Source: Phyllosticta citribraziliensis
Taxonomy: Eukaryota
Reading direction: 5' to 3'
Assembly: GCF_038025025.1 (NCBI RefSeq)
Contig: NW_027117346.1
Span: 1,178,001-1,242,000 of the forward strand
DNA: 64,000 bases
This document shows positions 23,732 through 36,823 of the stretch, piece by piece. The translations under genes were made by a program, and so were the position numbers. Within the stretch, counting starts at the first letter, position 1. Each line of letters begins with the position of its first letter. A model generated the notes under the pieces. That model saw only the letters and a list, made by a program, of their open reading frames with translations. It was not told where the DNA came from and did not search any database.

Positions 23732-26455
23732 CTACTGTTGCACTTGATCTGTCCGAGCTCTCTTCTTGCCCTTCAGCTTTTTGGACGCTACCCTTCGTAC
23801 CGTCGCTGCTGTTTTGGGCCTGCTGAAGATGCTCATGGATTCCGTTTCTTTCGGGGGCGGAGGTCTGCCCCAAGCACCGCTGATGCGCACCATGTCCTTT
23901 TGGTGAGCCTTGCGACGCTCTATCCTTCGGTTGTCAATCGTGTTTTGCGAAACGTGGCCGAAGCCGTTGCGACGCCGGAAACAGGCCTCCATGAGGGTGT
24001 TGGGGTCAATGAGACGGCGGGGGATTGTTTGAATGATTTGAAAGATTTCCATGGGGTCGTGGATGGCGCGGATTTCAGCTTCGCCCATCTTAAGGACGGC
24101 GAGAGCGATGCGGAATAGGGTCTTGGAGCCTTCGTAAAAGAACGAGTCCCAGACGCGGAGAACAGTTTCAATTGGAAAGTTGCCGACGAAGAGCGACATG
24201 AACCAGGAGGTCATGGCGAGAGAGACGGTGGGCAGGCGCGCGGCGCCGGTCGAAATGTTGGGCTCCATGTCCTTTGTGTCGTCAATCTTGTTCCAGATTG
24301 CAGGCATGGACTCGCGGATGCATTGCATCAGGACGCCAATGTCGATGTTGGCTTCCAACACACGGCCGTGAGTACCAGGAAGGTGGATGCTGGTAATGAT
24401 GTCTAGCAGGATGAACGCCTTTTCCTCGTCTTCGTCCAGGAATACAAGAAGCAGGCCGGCAAGGAAATTGAGCGACTGGCAGTATCCAATTCCAGGATTG
24501 TGCACAGCAAAAGCCTGGAGCACTCGGCGCAGCGCGCGCAAAATGGGCGTCTCACACTCTGGCGTGAGCTCCGTTGCACGCGTGTCAAGCAAATGGGCGG
24601 CATTCATTGACGCGCGCGACTCGGGCCTGAACCTGACGTTGTCGGGAAAGGTACGATTGAGATCCCGCTCAATGTGCTCCTGGTCCTGCTCGCTGAGCTT
24701 GCCGTCACCCACCTGCTCGATCAAGTCCCAGTAAAGGCCCGGATTTTGCTCCAGCCGTGCAGGCCCGCCGCCGTACCAAAACCATGCCTGCCCACGCCAT
24801 TCGGGTGGAATGCCCTTGCGGATATACCTCTTCATCTTCTCCGACCGGGGAGGGAAGCGCGTGGGTTGCTCCGTCGGCAAGCCATTGGACTTCATGAGGA
24901 GCTGCCACTTTTTGCGGCGGCGCTCGACGTATTCCGTGTATGGCTTGTTCCAAGCGTCGTACTGGTCGACGGTAATGTACTGGGTTGCCTTTTTGAATCC
25001 ATAACGATCGCGCGGGATCGACGAAGAGTCCTTCAAGCGGGCGTAGGCTCGTTCTGGCCGTGGTTGAGTGACGGGACGTGGTTTGGGCGGGGGGATTGGT
25101 GCGGCGGATTTGGCCGATGTTGTGGATGAGGGGGGCTCTATCTTCATTGCTTCTTCCTGAGCAGCCATGATCTTGGAGGTTCGGGAGATGCGAGAGGGCG
25201 TGACGTAAGGAATGTCGTTGTCAGGGGGGAGTTCCGGCCCTAAGGCGGAATCTCGTACAGCGTTGGTGGAATGCCTTCGCACCCTTGGCGGGGTTTGATG
25301 TTCTTCGGGACCAGGGTAAGTGGGAACCTGAGACGAATACCCCTCGTCAGATCCGTCGGGGATTTCCTCAGCGGGGAGATCGTCCGTGAAACCCTGCTCG
25401 TACATGTCGATGGCATCTTCCACAGTCATGCCTTGTTCAGACTCGGCATCACTGTGCTCGAGGTCGGTGTGATCGGATGCTTGGCGCTCAGGGTCGGGGT
25501 GGGTGGTGGTGGTGGTGTTGGCGGAAACGCTTCGGGACGAGACGATGCTGCTGCGAGTGGTTCCAACGGCGCCGGACGATGCGATGGTGAAGCCTGAACG
25601 GTAGCTGGAGCGAAAGTCGGCGAGGGCTGGACGGACGGGGGGTTCCCGACGAAGCATGGAGACGTAGCTGTCACGGACGGGCGTCGAGGCAGTCGTCTTG
25701 TCCCATCGGTGGGCGGCGGCAGACTGGCGCTCGCCGAACTTGACCAGATTGGGAATCGAGGCCGAGGTCCTCAGCTGGCGATGGGGCTTGATGAGGGTGT
25801 GAGACGAGGCTCGCGGACGGGGGAGCGGGCGGGCAAGGTCATGGGCGACGACGTCGTCTTGGTCTTGGGGCGAGAAGGGCGCCGGGGAACCAAAGGGCGA
25901 GGGATGCACACTTGGGCCAGGGGAGGTGTCGTCGGTATATGGGCGCGAGGCGATGCTAGTGGCGCGGGAGCGGCCGGCGGAGGTCGAGATGGGTGAGGAC
26001 GGGGGTTCGACGGAGCGGGGGATACGATGAGTTTCGCGGATAGGGGACCCCAGGCAAGGCGCGGCCGGGGATTGGGCGCGCTGCCGAAGTCGTTGGGAGG
26101 ACTGTTTGCGGAGCGGGAGGTGCGGGAGGGGAGCGGCAAATGCCAAGGGGCGGTCGACCATGGAAATGGACTCGCGAGACTCGTTGGACGAGATGGACTC
26201 GGGCGGCGTATCGATTATTCCCAAGGGCGGGCCAACTGGAGCGTCGATGGGATGCATCCCCAGGCCGTTCAACAGGCGTGGGGAGTGCGGCGCGCTCGTA
26301 GGTGTCGATCTCCCGGAGCGGACGACGTCGACGTGCTGCAGAGCGTCGGGACGCCTCTTGGGCTGATGGTGGTGGTGGTGATTGTGGTGATTGTGGTGGT
26401 GAAGGATGCTGTGCAGGGCATCGTGGACCGGGTGAAGGTCGACCTGGGGGCCCAT
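23732..26455 (-). CDS. MSB3: TBC-domain Rab GTPase-activating protein, Msb3/Gyp3-like
   Basis: 907-aa ORF with RDRYGFKK, KMKRYIRKGIPPEWRGQAWF, IERDLNRTFP (Arg finger), GYCQSLNFLAG (Gln finger) and ETVLRVWDSFFYEGSK. Confidence 0.88.
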   Translation of the reverse strand: MGPQVDLHPVHDALHSILHHHNHHNHHHHHQPKRRPDALQHVDVVRSGRSTPTSAPHSPRLLNGLGMHPIDAPVGPPLGIIDTPPESISSNESRESISMVDRPLAFAAPLPHLPLRKQSSQRLRQRAQSPAAPCLGSPIRETHRIPRSVEPPSSPISTSAGRSRATSIASRPYTDDTSPGPSVHPSPFGSPAPFSPQDQDDVVAHDLARPLPRPRASSHTLIKPHRQLRTSASIPNLVKFGERQSAAAHRWDKTTASTPVRDSYVSMLRREPPVRPALADFRSSYRSGFTIASSGAVGTTRSSIVSSRSVSANTTTTTHPDPERQASDHTDLEHSDAESEQGMTVEDAIDMYEQGFTDDLPAEEIPDGSDEGYSSQVPTYPGPEEHQTPPRVRRHSTNAVRDSALGPELPPDNDIPYVTPSRISRTSKIMAAQEEAMKIEPPSSTTSAKSAAPIPPPKPRPVTQPRPERAYARLKDSSSIPRDRYGFKKATQYITVDQYDAWNKPYTEYVERRRKKWQLLMKSNGLPTEQPTRFPPRSEKMKRYIRKGIPPEWRGQAWFWYGGGPARLEQNPGLYWDLIEQVGDGKLSEQDQEHIERDLNRTFPDNVRFRPESRASMNAAHLLDTRATELTPECETPILRALRRVLQAFAVHNPGIGYCQSLNFLAGLLLVFLDEDEEKAFILLDIITSIHLPGTHGRVLEANIDIGVLMQCIRESMPAIWNKIDDTKDMEPNISTGAARLPTVSLAMTSWFMSLFVGNFPIETVLRVWDSFFYEGSKTLFRIALAVLKMGEAEIRAIHDPMEIFQIIQTIPRRLIDPNTLMEACFRRRNGFGHVSQNTIDNRRIERRKAHQKDMVRISGAWGRPPPPKETESMSIFSRPKTAATVRRVASKKLKGKKRARTDQVQQ

Positions 26456-26514
26456 GGTAGGCGCGAGACGTGGGCGAGGGCCAGGCGGAGCATTCCCTGC
26501 GACGGATTCGGCTT

Positions 26515-26590
26515 CAGGCCAGGTTCAGGTTCAGGTTCGGATTCAGGTTCAGTGCAGCGCAGTCGGGTCAGGTCAGGTCCAGTCCAGGTC
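26515..26590. repeat. Degenerate (TCAGGT)n repeat in the MSB3 5' region
   Basis: tcaggccaggttcaggttcaggttcggattcaggttcag...tcaggtcaggtccagtccagg, seen directly. Confidence 0.7.
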
Positions 26591-27044
26591 GTCGACTCCA
26601 GGATACCGCTGGCGGCTTGACAAAGGCGAGTCGCCAGTAGTTAACGCATTGAAGGAGCAAGCGCTAACAGGAGCCGGAGATTCACTTTGTGGCGCTCGAG
26701 CGTCGAGATGAGGAGCAGAGGACCGGGAGCAGCCCTAGCCTTGGGGCCCTCCTGATGCCACGATGTCCGCCGCGCTGACGGCCTGGTCCTGGCAATAAGA
26801 GAAGAAAAGTCGTGAAAAGTCAAAAGCTCTGAGCGTCGTGAGAACCTGGGGACTCTGCTGCAGACTGTGCTGGGGCACCAACAGCGCGTCACGTACATGG
26901 CACTTTGTTCTACACATGCACTGCACCGTACTGTAGGTAGGCGCTGTCAGTTGGACGCAAGAGGATGGCAGATCTTCCCACCAGCGGCGGGCCGCGCGAG
27001 ACACGGAATCCCCCTGCAGATGGATCGGCTTGGCGGCCCATGTG

Positions 27045-27064
27045 TTTTTTTTTTTTTTTTTTTT
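27045..27064. repeat. Poly(T)20 tract upstream of MSB3
   Basis: 20 consecutive T residues. Confidence 0.9.
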
Positions 27065-29846
27065 CTGCCAGTCGTACCGAGAGCATGCACCTCTTCCAAA
27101 GAGACGGCTGCGCCGGGTGTGGAGTCGACTGCTCGCGCTTCGCTCAGTTGAAACATACGAGCCCGAAGCTTGAGTTTTGGCTTTGTTGTGGGCGGCGCCT
27201 ACACCACCAGTCGCCGTATGTATGTTACGTTGCGCCTCTGAAATTGCAGAAATGCATCGTTCCATCGCTCTCATTGGTCCAGTTTCCAAAATTTCAACGG
27301 GCAGATTACATTTCACCCGAGCTCCGAATTACTAACCCCAATCCCCAACACCGCCGCACGCGCACCAAACAAGCCACTTCAAACCTACCAACCTTGGCCG
27401 TGGTCAACCACGCATAAACAACAAATTCAACACAACAACGGCAGTGTCCACGCTTTCGTCCCCGCCGCCGCAAGTCGTCTCAGCGCTCGCTTCCCATGGC
27501 CGAAAGAATCCACCTCCCACGCGCTCAACAGGTCGTTTAATGTCCGCCCTGTCCTTGCTTCCGACGAGCCCGTCGGCATCGTTCCACCACAGCGTGGCCC
27601 GCGTCCTCTCACAGCAAACGTCAGCGGCTTTCCTTCCACCCTGCCAAACACAAGACACGAGGAGCACGTCTCAGCCAAGAACCCAAAACCTCATGTGCCG
27701 AGCATTCCACATGCAATCAACAACATTACATCATCGTCGCCATCATCGCTCGTTGCTCGTTGCTAGAAAAAGATCAGGAAAAGCTTGCCTTGCCGATCAT
27801 CTCCCGCCTTGTACTCCCAGCCAATCCGCCGCATCCATGGCCAGTCGTGTTCTGCCCATCGCCTTCTCCAAAAGGCCGAGCAGTAGTCGTGCGTAGGGCG
27901 ACGGACGGGAACCTCCCGTCCGCAGCTCGCTCGCTGATGAATCGCTTGCTCGCTGGTTGCCTGACCACCTTTGGCGGATCCATGACTGACTCTGACTACT
28001 GGCAGGAAGTGACGGGAGTGACTGGCGACAGCGTCCAAATTTCGCATCCATGGCGTTTGTCCGCGGACCTCGCAAGGCTGTCATCGATGAACCACTGAGG
28101 CGGAATCACAGCTCACGGGCCGTTGCTACATTGACTACGCCTACACGCATCCACTACAGTACTCCTCAAGTCTGAATAAAAAAAAAGAAAGCACTTGCCC
28201 AGAGCATGTCATTGACCACGCTTCCCACTCCCCCGACAACCGCACCTGCAAGCAATTTCGGCGAGCAGGGAGATCAACAAGCAGATGAGCGCCGAGCTTG
28301 CCGCCCCTGCTTGCATACCGTGCGCGCACAGCGAATGTCAACGGGGAAATCTCGAAGCCGCGTTAGAAAAGGATTGACATGTTCTAGAAGGCTATCGACA
28401 GAAACTTTTTTCTTCTTGCTTTTTGATGAGATTGTCATCTCTTTAAAAGTTTTCCCCGCATACCCGGTTACGAGCGGACGGACTTGACCGTAGACATGGC
28501 TGCTCTGCTCTTACAAAACATTTGCTCTTACGCGAGTCGCCTATGATGTTGTGTAGGGTGTCTACAGGACTGGGCACCAGCGATGTCTGTTGTGAGCGCA
28601 CGGTTCGACCAGGGGCATTGCTGCTGTTGCTTGCGGTTGAATAGGAGGCCGATGGCCATGACAACGCGGCTAACAAAGCGAATAATAATGGATGCAGTTG
28701 CACACGCATGCCAACCCTGATACCTGTCTGATGCGACAATGCGAGATCCATGGCCTTGTTGGAAGCAGAGGGACTGTCGTTGGAAAAAGCATAAAGAGGT
28801 TAGATGGAATGAGAAGAAAACAAGCTCGCAGGATATAAAAAGAAGCAGAAAAGCATGACGGTTACTACCGTCTTACAAACTTCTGCTTACAAGTCTGTTG
28901 ATCATACTTCCCGAATGCTGCAAGCCCTCGTGAGTCCAAGAAAGCAGCATGCTTCCGAGTCGCCACGAAATTCAATATGAACGAGGCAGCTTTACTATCA
29001 GCACCTGCTTCTCCACAACCAAATCCGCCAAATCCCACCGCCAATAGAGAGAGACTCTTGATCAAAGCAACGTCTCGCCCCTTTCCTTTTCACCCCTGTC
29101 TACCATTTCATGAACATCATCAGCTGCATAATTGGTCCCATGCTGCCACGACTCATCACTAACTGCTCTTCCCTCCTCCCCTTACTCCTATACAGCTTGG
29201 CCACGTAGTCCACGACGCTTTCGAAATTACTGCATTTGCCCCCCTTTTCTTTCTCCTCGCTTTTCATCTCCGCAGCAATGAGTCTGCAACAGTTTGAAGC
29301 GGAACTGTTCTCAATTTTTTGTCTTTCCTACTGAAGACGTACTCGTAGCAGGTGCTTGGATTTCTTGCAAGGAAGCGAGGTAGACTGTTATGTAGACCAA
29401 GAAAAAGTGGAAGGCAGACATGATGGGTGACAAAATAATGTATCTATCCATCAATCAATCAACTCCGTCCTCAATTGTCTGTCTGTCTATACACTGTCCT
29501 AGAATTGTTTGCCCCGATGTTCGTTTGTTCCATAGTTCGAAGATGGCCGACTGTCCGTCTGCCATCTACTGCCACTCCTTCCGTGCGGTCTTTCCAGTTC
29601 AGGTTCTCGAACACAGCTACATCCTGTGTTCTGTGGCACAGTTTCCTAGCACATGCCTCACTGCCTTGCCAGACAGCATCGAGCTGCTTTCTGGCTTCTA
29701 TGCTCGCTCGACTCGCCAACAACGCACATGCAATCTCGCCCAAATCCGGACTGGCCTCTTCCAACAACGCGGCATAGCCGCGCTTCGGGAGCCACAGACA
29801 GCCCAAGCCCGCACATCCTCTCCCATCCATCTCGCACTCGGCAGGC

Positions 29847-30549
29847 CTACTTCCTCTGCGCATACCGCTTGACCCACTCCTTGGCCGTCTTCTCAAACTC
29901 CTTCTTGTCGCGCTTGTAGACGTCCGCGATGGCGGCCTCGACGGGGTCGCTGACGTCGGGCTCGATCAGCAGGTTGTACACCATGTCGAGCACGGCGCTC
30001 AGCTTGTTGGGCGGCTTCCACGAGTCCGGCCGCAGCATGCCCAGGCACATGAGCCCCTTGTCGTCGTTGGACACGTTGGGGTGGTAGATCTTGGTGTGGA
30101 ACGAGAGCGTCGGCGGCTTGAAGGGGTACTCCTTTGGGAGAGTGATGACGAGCTTGAATTGGCCGCCCTGAGTTTGCGTGCACTGTTAGAATGCTTCCGA
30201 GTAGTGGTTTGAGCGCTGCTGGTGCCGCTGACTGCTGGGAGCGAGGGAGTTTATGACGTGGGGGCCTTGGGACCGAGGGAAACATACCGCGTACGCTGAT
30301 TGCTCTGGTCCGTCAATCAACACCTCCCATATGTGCAGGTTGGCACCCCCGTCGCCGAGCGTGACCTTCATGCCCGCGGGCGGCGCGTTGGTGACTTCAG
30401 CCAGCTCCTGTCTACGAGTCAGCCGTCACTGTTGCCGCCAAAAAGACAAGCGCGAAAGACGCGCAGAAATCTCGTCGGGGAGTCTTCCAGACGCAGATGT
30501 ATCGCGTGAGACGTACCTTGCTGATGCGGCGCTGCGCTCCGGATGCCAT
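29847..30549 (-). CDS. Ubiquitin-conjugating enzyme E2; exons 30549..30517, 30407..30288, 30167..29847
   Basis: MASGAQRRISK|ELAE...WEVLIDGPEQSAYA|GGQFKL...EYPFKPP.LSFHTKIYHPNVSNDDKGLMCLGMLR (HPN motif plus catalytic Cys). Confidence 0.92.
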
Positions 30550-32766
30550 GGTGGGCAACGACAGGTAGCAGCGGGTGGATTTTTGGCTACGGGCTGGGTT
30601 CCTGCTGGGCGTCGGCGGCAGAGATATCAACGATTTGCGGCGGCAGAGATGAGGCGGGCGAGAAGTGAGGTTAGAGAGTGTGTGGATAAGTGGAACGCGA
30701 GTCGGTTTTGGCTGGTCGCTGGAACCGGTGGTGGACACCGCCTTGGGATGGCTGGCTTGTCCGAGCGCAGTGGTGACAAATGTTGACAAACGATAGGAGA
30801 GGCAGCTGGTGATGACGGGCAGCCTGAGCTCGCTGACAGATGGACGCTCCTGGTGGCGAATCGAAGAAGCAGGCTGGCTGGTATTTTTCGGAGAGGTGAA
30901 CGGAAATAGTCGTGGTGCAAAACAATCTACACGTACAGCGGAGACATCACGGTGGTGGGGTAACTATGCACATGCATGCAGGCGAGAGGTACGGAACAGC
31001 TGCTATTTTAGCTTCCTGGACAAGCCATCTGTCTCCTTGGATACCATAAATGCAGACTGGCGCCAAATGTACAACAAAGACGCTGGCGATGGATTCAACT
31101 GCCATCTTCAGCTCTTCCATTGAGCATTTTCACAATTCCCGGCTTCGATAACCACTGCGATAAGGTGCGGCCCCACCTGATTCGAGTCATCTGGGCGACA
31201 TCATGCCTGTTTAAACGTGTCATGCGAGACATCCACCTTGGATATATGTACCTTAGCTTTCATGTCGACGTCACAGACATTCGACGTTTCCCTGGCATTT
31301 GTCAAAAGCACCTCCTCTTTGGTCCAATACACCCTCATCCGTCTCAAAGGACGTGCGCAATCGGCCATGTCCCCTTAGCAACTCAGGACTTCTCCTTTTC
31401 AACCAGGACACGACAGCAGAACTGAAACCAGCATCACCGCACAGAGGAATCCGACAACAAAATGGTCGATCTGCCGAAGCCGCTGAGTCACCCTCTATCC
31501 GTAGCCTTTGAGTATTCTGATCGACGTTCTGGAAAAGGAGGATCGCCCTTCGCTAAATCTGTTCGGGGATGAAGACGCTGTGAACGCTTTTCAGTCCCGA
31601 GTCCCGTTCACCAAGTAAACATAAGCGACGGCCTTTCTTCGAGGGACATGTCAGTAGTTTCATGACTACAGCTGTTGTTTCAGTAGCTGTTATAAGTGTA
31701 TAGACAGACGTGTCTTCACCAGTGGCGCAATATCGAAAAGAAGTGCGTCTGTTGAAGCTGCTGCCGTTGACCGCACTCTTGTTTTCCAAAGAACTGTCCC
31801 ATCTGGTGAGCTACATCCGCTGGAATGTGCTGGCGAGACTTTGGCATTCCAGGAGAAGTCTCACGGGTGCAAGTCTTTCACCAATGCACAGACTAGACAA
31901 GTGGTCACTCCAATAGGCGAGTTGATCTAGGAGTAGACGTCCGTCTTTCCAGATGATCATCACGGTCCACACGTGCGGGATCAGCCTTTCCCGCCGTGCG
32001 TGGCATGCGCCCCTGGATGTGTTTGTCCTGGTGTGCAGCGCTCCGCAAGTCATCCTTGCCATGGCGGCATTCCTTTTTTTGGGGTCAACCTGGCAGCGTC
32101 GCAGGAACACGTGTGGCACCGTGTCTCTGTCTGGGCTCTGCAGATGCGACGATATGCCCAACCAGAGACGTTGGAGGAACTTTCGTGATAAGCGCGCGAA
32201 GCGATGGCATGGTGGTCTCGTGAGCTGGATGCTGCCGTGGTACGTCTTGGTCAGGACCAGGCCCTGATGACGCCTTGTTCAAAGCGGTCGTCCGGTCCCC
32301 GCCTGTTCGCATCGCGCAAGCTGCGGGATGGTTCAGATGCTGGCTGGCTTGCAGATAGGCTGTGTTTTGTTGTGGAATGAGGCCAGCATGCATGGTAAAC
32401 GGAGATGCAGACCAGGTGAGTAGAACGGACGGCGCGCTGTGGCCACAGTAATCGAAAAGAGAACGAACATGTTCAGGAGAGGGGATGTGGAAGGTGTTAG
32501 GTAGAGATGTCGGACTGAGGTCAGGGCGATCCCAGGCGGTCAGCGAAGTCCCGACTGGCAGCCGGACCGGGAGGCGTGAGACTGAGAGGAGGGGCACTGC
32601 GCTGGTAAGCACTGGAGGCCCCCACTCGACCACTCAACTCGCCAACATCGAAACCCTATTCCTTCTCCTGCTCTTCCATTCACTCTTCACCAGTACATAG
32701 CTCCGACACCTACCCTCGACTCCTCGTCTCCTCAACAACCACCAACCCACCTCATCTCCTCTCACA

Positions 32767-33478
32767 ATGTCTTGGCAAGGTACGTTGCTCCTTCTGCCTG
32801 CCCCTCTTCGCGCCACTGGAGCTTTCATCAACTGACGCCCCCTCCAGCATACGTTGACACGAGGTACTGCTCGCCCGCCTGATCCAGAGTCGACTGGACC
32901 CGCGCATGCTGACTATCGCACCACAGCCTCGTCGGCACCGGCAACCTTGACAAGGCCGCCATCTTCAACGCCGAGGGCAACAGCGTCTGGGCTGCATCGG
33001 CCGGCTTCACCGTACGTCCATCGCATCCCTTATGCGGCATCCACGAGCCCACCAGGCGCAGAACTGGGTCGCGGACTCGGGCACAAGAAGAGGCCAAGGC
33101 AATGAAGCACGTGGGCTGACGTAGCATATCAGGTTGCCCCCAATGAGATGCAGGAGATTGTGAACGCGTACAAGGACAAGGGCGATGCCAACGGCATCAA
33201 GCAGGTCCAGAGCACTGGTCTGCACGTTGCCGGCGAGCGGTTCGTTGTGCTCAAGGCTGACGAGCGGAGTCTGTACGGAAAGAAGGTGCGGCGCAACATC
33301 CCCTTTGTCGAGCCAAGTATGCTAACACGGCCGCGAAATCTAGGGCAAGGAGGGTCTCGTCATTGTCAAGACTACCCAGGCCATTCTCGTCACCCACTAC
33401 CCCGAGACTGTGCAGCCCGGCGCTGCCGCCAACACGGTCGAGCAGCTGGCCGACTACCTCATCAGCGTTGGATACTAA
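32767..33478 (+). CDS. PFY1: Profilin; exons 32767..32779, 32848..32863, 32927..33011, 33133..33285, 33344..33478
   Basis: [23 protein letters not shown]...SVWAASAGF...[22 protein letters not shown]...[13 protein letters not shown], across four canonical introns. Confidence 0.95.
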
Positions 33479-34454
33479 GGGCGCTGGGAGGAGCATAGCG
33501 GAGGTCGACGCCGTCGCGCGCACAACCAGCAAGCGACCGAGAGCGGCCAAAGACGGCGATTCTCGACGGAAATGAGTGCGCTGTTGATGTTGTAAACAAT
33601 TTAACTGGCATTACCCACCCCCTTCCTGGCGAGAGGGCTCAGGTTCCAAGTTCGGTTCGGTTCCGACTTTTATAGAGAAGCGCAAGCAGAAAGCGACGGA
33701 GCAGAAGCAGTCGCCCGGCCGGTCGATTGGGTCATTGGTGGGTGTTGGACGTTCTACTACCGGCAATGAATGGATTCCCCCCAAAACTTTTTTGCTCCCA
33801 TCCTTCCTCGACATGAGCGCCTGACCATCGACAAGCTTTCACAAGTAGCGCTGCCAAGGGCACTGCAGACAAGCCTTTTGGCCTAGACACACTCCACGAG
33901 CAAAGCACTCCCTGTAGCATCGCTGAACATACACAGCCACGGACGGGCCGACCCTCATTAGTTGGTCCGTTCCCTTTCAGTCCACCACGATTGGCAAGGC
34001 CACTTTCTTGCCATTTGCTCGTCAGGAGTAATCTCGCCCGCTTCTTCCGCAAATTCATCCTCTCTTCTATCACCACTCAATAGACGTGGATGCACCATGG
34101 AATGAAAATTCGTAGATATATGTTAGTAGTGGAAGTGGTGATTTTTGAATGTCTACGGAGCTTTGATCAGTCTGGTCGCTGCACATTGGGTGTCAGAAGA
34201 AATGATATCTCCTGGTACTGCTTTTCATCCAGCGAGCATCCATCCACTACCAAATTTGCAGTTAGGGAGCTGTCTTTCGCTGCGGACGCTCGACCTAGAG
34301 AGTATCACTTCTTTCGGAACGCCTTATGACTGGCCTCTCACTCGCGAAATCACAAGATGCGCCCCGCTCCACAAGATTGAAGGGTCATTCCTCGTCTTCG
34401 AACCGACCGCCCGATTCAACACTCCTTCGACTACATACGGTTCATCACAGACAT

Positions 34455-36823
34455 CTAAATATTTTCTGGCACTGGCGTCTCAGTCCCACTCGTATTCCTA
34501 CCGCTGTCCTCTGCTCCTGCCTTCTTCTCTTCAACAGCGGTGTCCCGTGCTGGGATGTCTTGAGATGCTTCTTCATCGTTCAAGGTGTCTTCGTCTTCGT
34601 CGGTCGTCATGAACGCCTCGCCGTCCAAGTGCTTGTATCTGAACCAGAAGATGCCCGTCTGCACGAAAAGGGCAATGGCCGGGCCGGCCCAGACCCAGAT
34701 GAGGTAGGGCTATCAAGAAAATATGTCAGTACATGCCTCTCTCGTATTGCGCTATTCGGTTTAGGACAGCAGGAAAGAAGGAGAAGAGGGGACTCACATC
34801 CTTAATAACAGGGCTCAGAATCTCGCCGAGGGCGCTCGACAGCGCCGTGGTGAACAAGAAGAGCGACACGACTAGCGCACGCATGCTCTTGGGGCTGCGC
34901 GCGTACGCCAGCTCGTACGCCGTCACATTGCAAAAACACTCCGACAGGGCGCCCAGCGAGTAGACGGGCACCTGCCACCAGATGCGAATTGGGCTGACCT
35001 TGCCGTCGGACACGCACGACGTAGCCTGGTAGCCGCAGGGGTTGGTCTCGTAGACGCGGTACTGCACGATGGTGCCGATGACACCCGACAGACACGCAAT
35101 GCAGAAGCCGAAGGTGATGCGCTTGATGGGACCGAAGGCGATCTTGTTGCGGCGAAGGAAGGGATAGACAACCATATTCAAAATTGGGACCGCGACAATG
35201 ATCGTGATGGGGTTGAAGTTGGAGAGCAGGTCGTTGGGTGCGCCTTTGCTGAGCATAGTTGAGCCTGTGGCGTGCGTTAGCTTTCTACTCCTGCGTGCGC
35301 AATCCTGAGGATTAAACGGGAATGAATTCCAGCCAGTGCAGGGAAATTAGGTGCTTTCGAACGTGCTTCAGACATAGTAGAGCTCAGCGTACCTTGGTTA
35401 TTCGCAACACTGCCAATGCCATTGTCGTTGAGGTTGTAAATGGGGAAGTAGAGGAAGATCTTGCACGCGTCAAGCATGCGCGAGACATCATCGACGAATT
35501 TGTCGGACCAGCGAATGGGCTTGCCGCCAAACGTTGTGATGCCTTTTTCGGCGAGCTTGGAGGGCATAGCTGCGGCCCAGTAATCCTTCTTCCAGAACTT
35601 GAAGCCGTTTTCCTTGACAACGACGCTGCACACTTGGACGAATTTTGTCAACTCGGATCCGCTTGGAGGCACCTTGACCAGCCGCTTGTACATGAACGCA
35701 AGCAGCAATGGGAGGAGCATGAAGAGGATGGTGGGAAGGAGGAAGGCGAGCCAATATCCAACGTCCTTTTCCGCATATGTTGTTGCAAGGGCGAAGAAGG
35801 CTCCGACGTTGATGAGGGCTAGTAAAGTCAGCACTTGTCCGACTTGAGCTCGTGATCTTGGTCGTACCATAGAAGACCAGCATGATCTGGTTGACCGTGG
35901 CTTCGGGATCAACAATGACCTTCTCGCCCGAGTCCAGAACCCTCGTGTAAGGCTTCTGGGCCGTGTACTGATCCAATATCAAAGGAGCAACGTTTGGTTT
36001 GAAAATACCTAGTTCGGTTAGATGGAATTTAAGAGGGAAATACCAGATGCTCACCTGCGCCCAACGCAAGCACTAACAGACTGACGATAAAGGGTGCCAG
36101 TCCCTTATACGCTTGCAAAACACTCGGCAGCGCACCAAATATCATGATGATGTGGGAGACGAAACAAATGACAACTCCGATGGCAATTGTCTTGAATCTT
36201 CCGTACTTGACGTCGGCAAGCCACGCTCCTCCGATGGGAACGACGTAGGCCAGGAAGCTGAAGAGCAACACAAAAGCGTTGGCAAATTGGAGCCCTTTGC
36301 CCAGGGCGCCCGCAGTCTGTTCAGAGCCCTTCTTGATGGCACCTGCTCCGTTTCCTGGTGCATGTCAGTTTAACTCGACGTTCTAGACGTTTAGGAACAG
36401 ACCTCCTTTCGGTAACGGATATTCCAAAAAGTTGGTAAACACCGTTTTGGCACCGTAGAATGAAGCCCGCTCTGCAAACTCGACTAAACACAGCAGCCAG
36501 CATACCATAGGAATGGAGCCGGGAACTTTTCGTAGGGTGAGCTGTTCCTCGGGGGTCGGATTTGGCAGTCCATCATGACTGCTAGGGGGCACAGAAACGG
36601 CGTCGACGGTGCCTCGAAACTTCTTGTCCAAAGATGTTGCTCTATCGCTTGAGCCGTCACTAATTCCAGCGAGCGTCTCGGCCGTGTGTCCCTGGGCGAC
36701 TGCGGCAGGTACTTGGGTAGACAAGATGTCGGCCGTCACCGAGTCTGATGTAGCGCCCGCTGTATTCTGGTTAGCAAAAGCCTCTGTATCAAGAGTATAT
36801 CAAGAGTGGGCGAGCGTACACAT
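34455..36823 (-). CDS. PTR2: POT/PTR2-family di-/tripeptide transporter, multi-exon (4-nt first exon ATGT)
   Basis: Motifs VEFAERASFYG (ExxERFxYY-like), YVVPIGGAWLADVKYGRFKTI, GIFKPNVAP, INVGAF, PNDLLSNFNP, ELAYARSPKSMR. Several short introns. Confidence 0.92.

Noticed and set aside
30900..32600. Short ORFs between the E2 gene and profilin
   Set aside because: No coherent exon chain, codon bias or domain. A decayed gene cannot be excluded but is unsupported.
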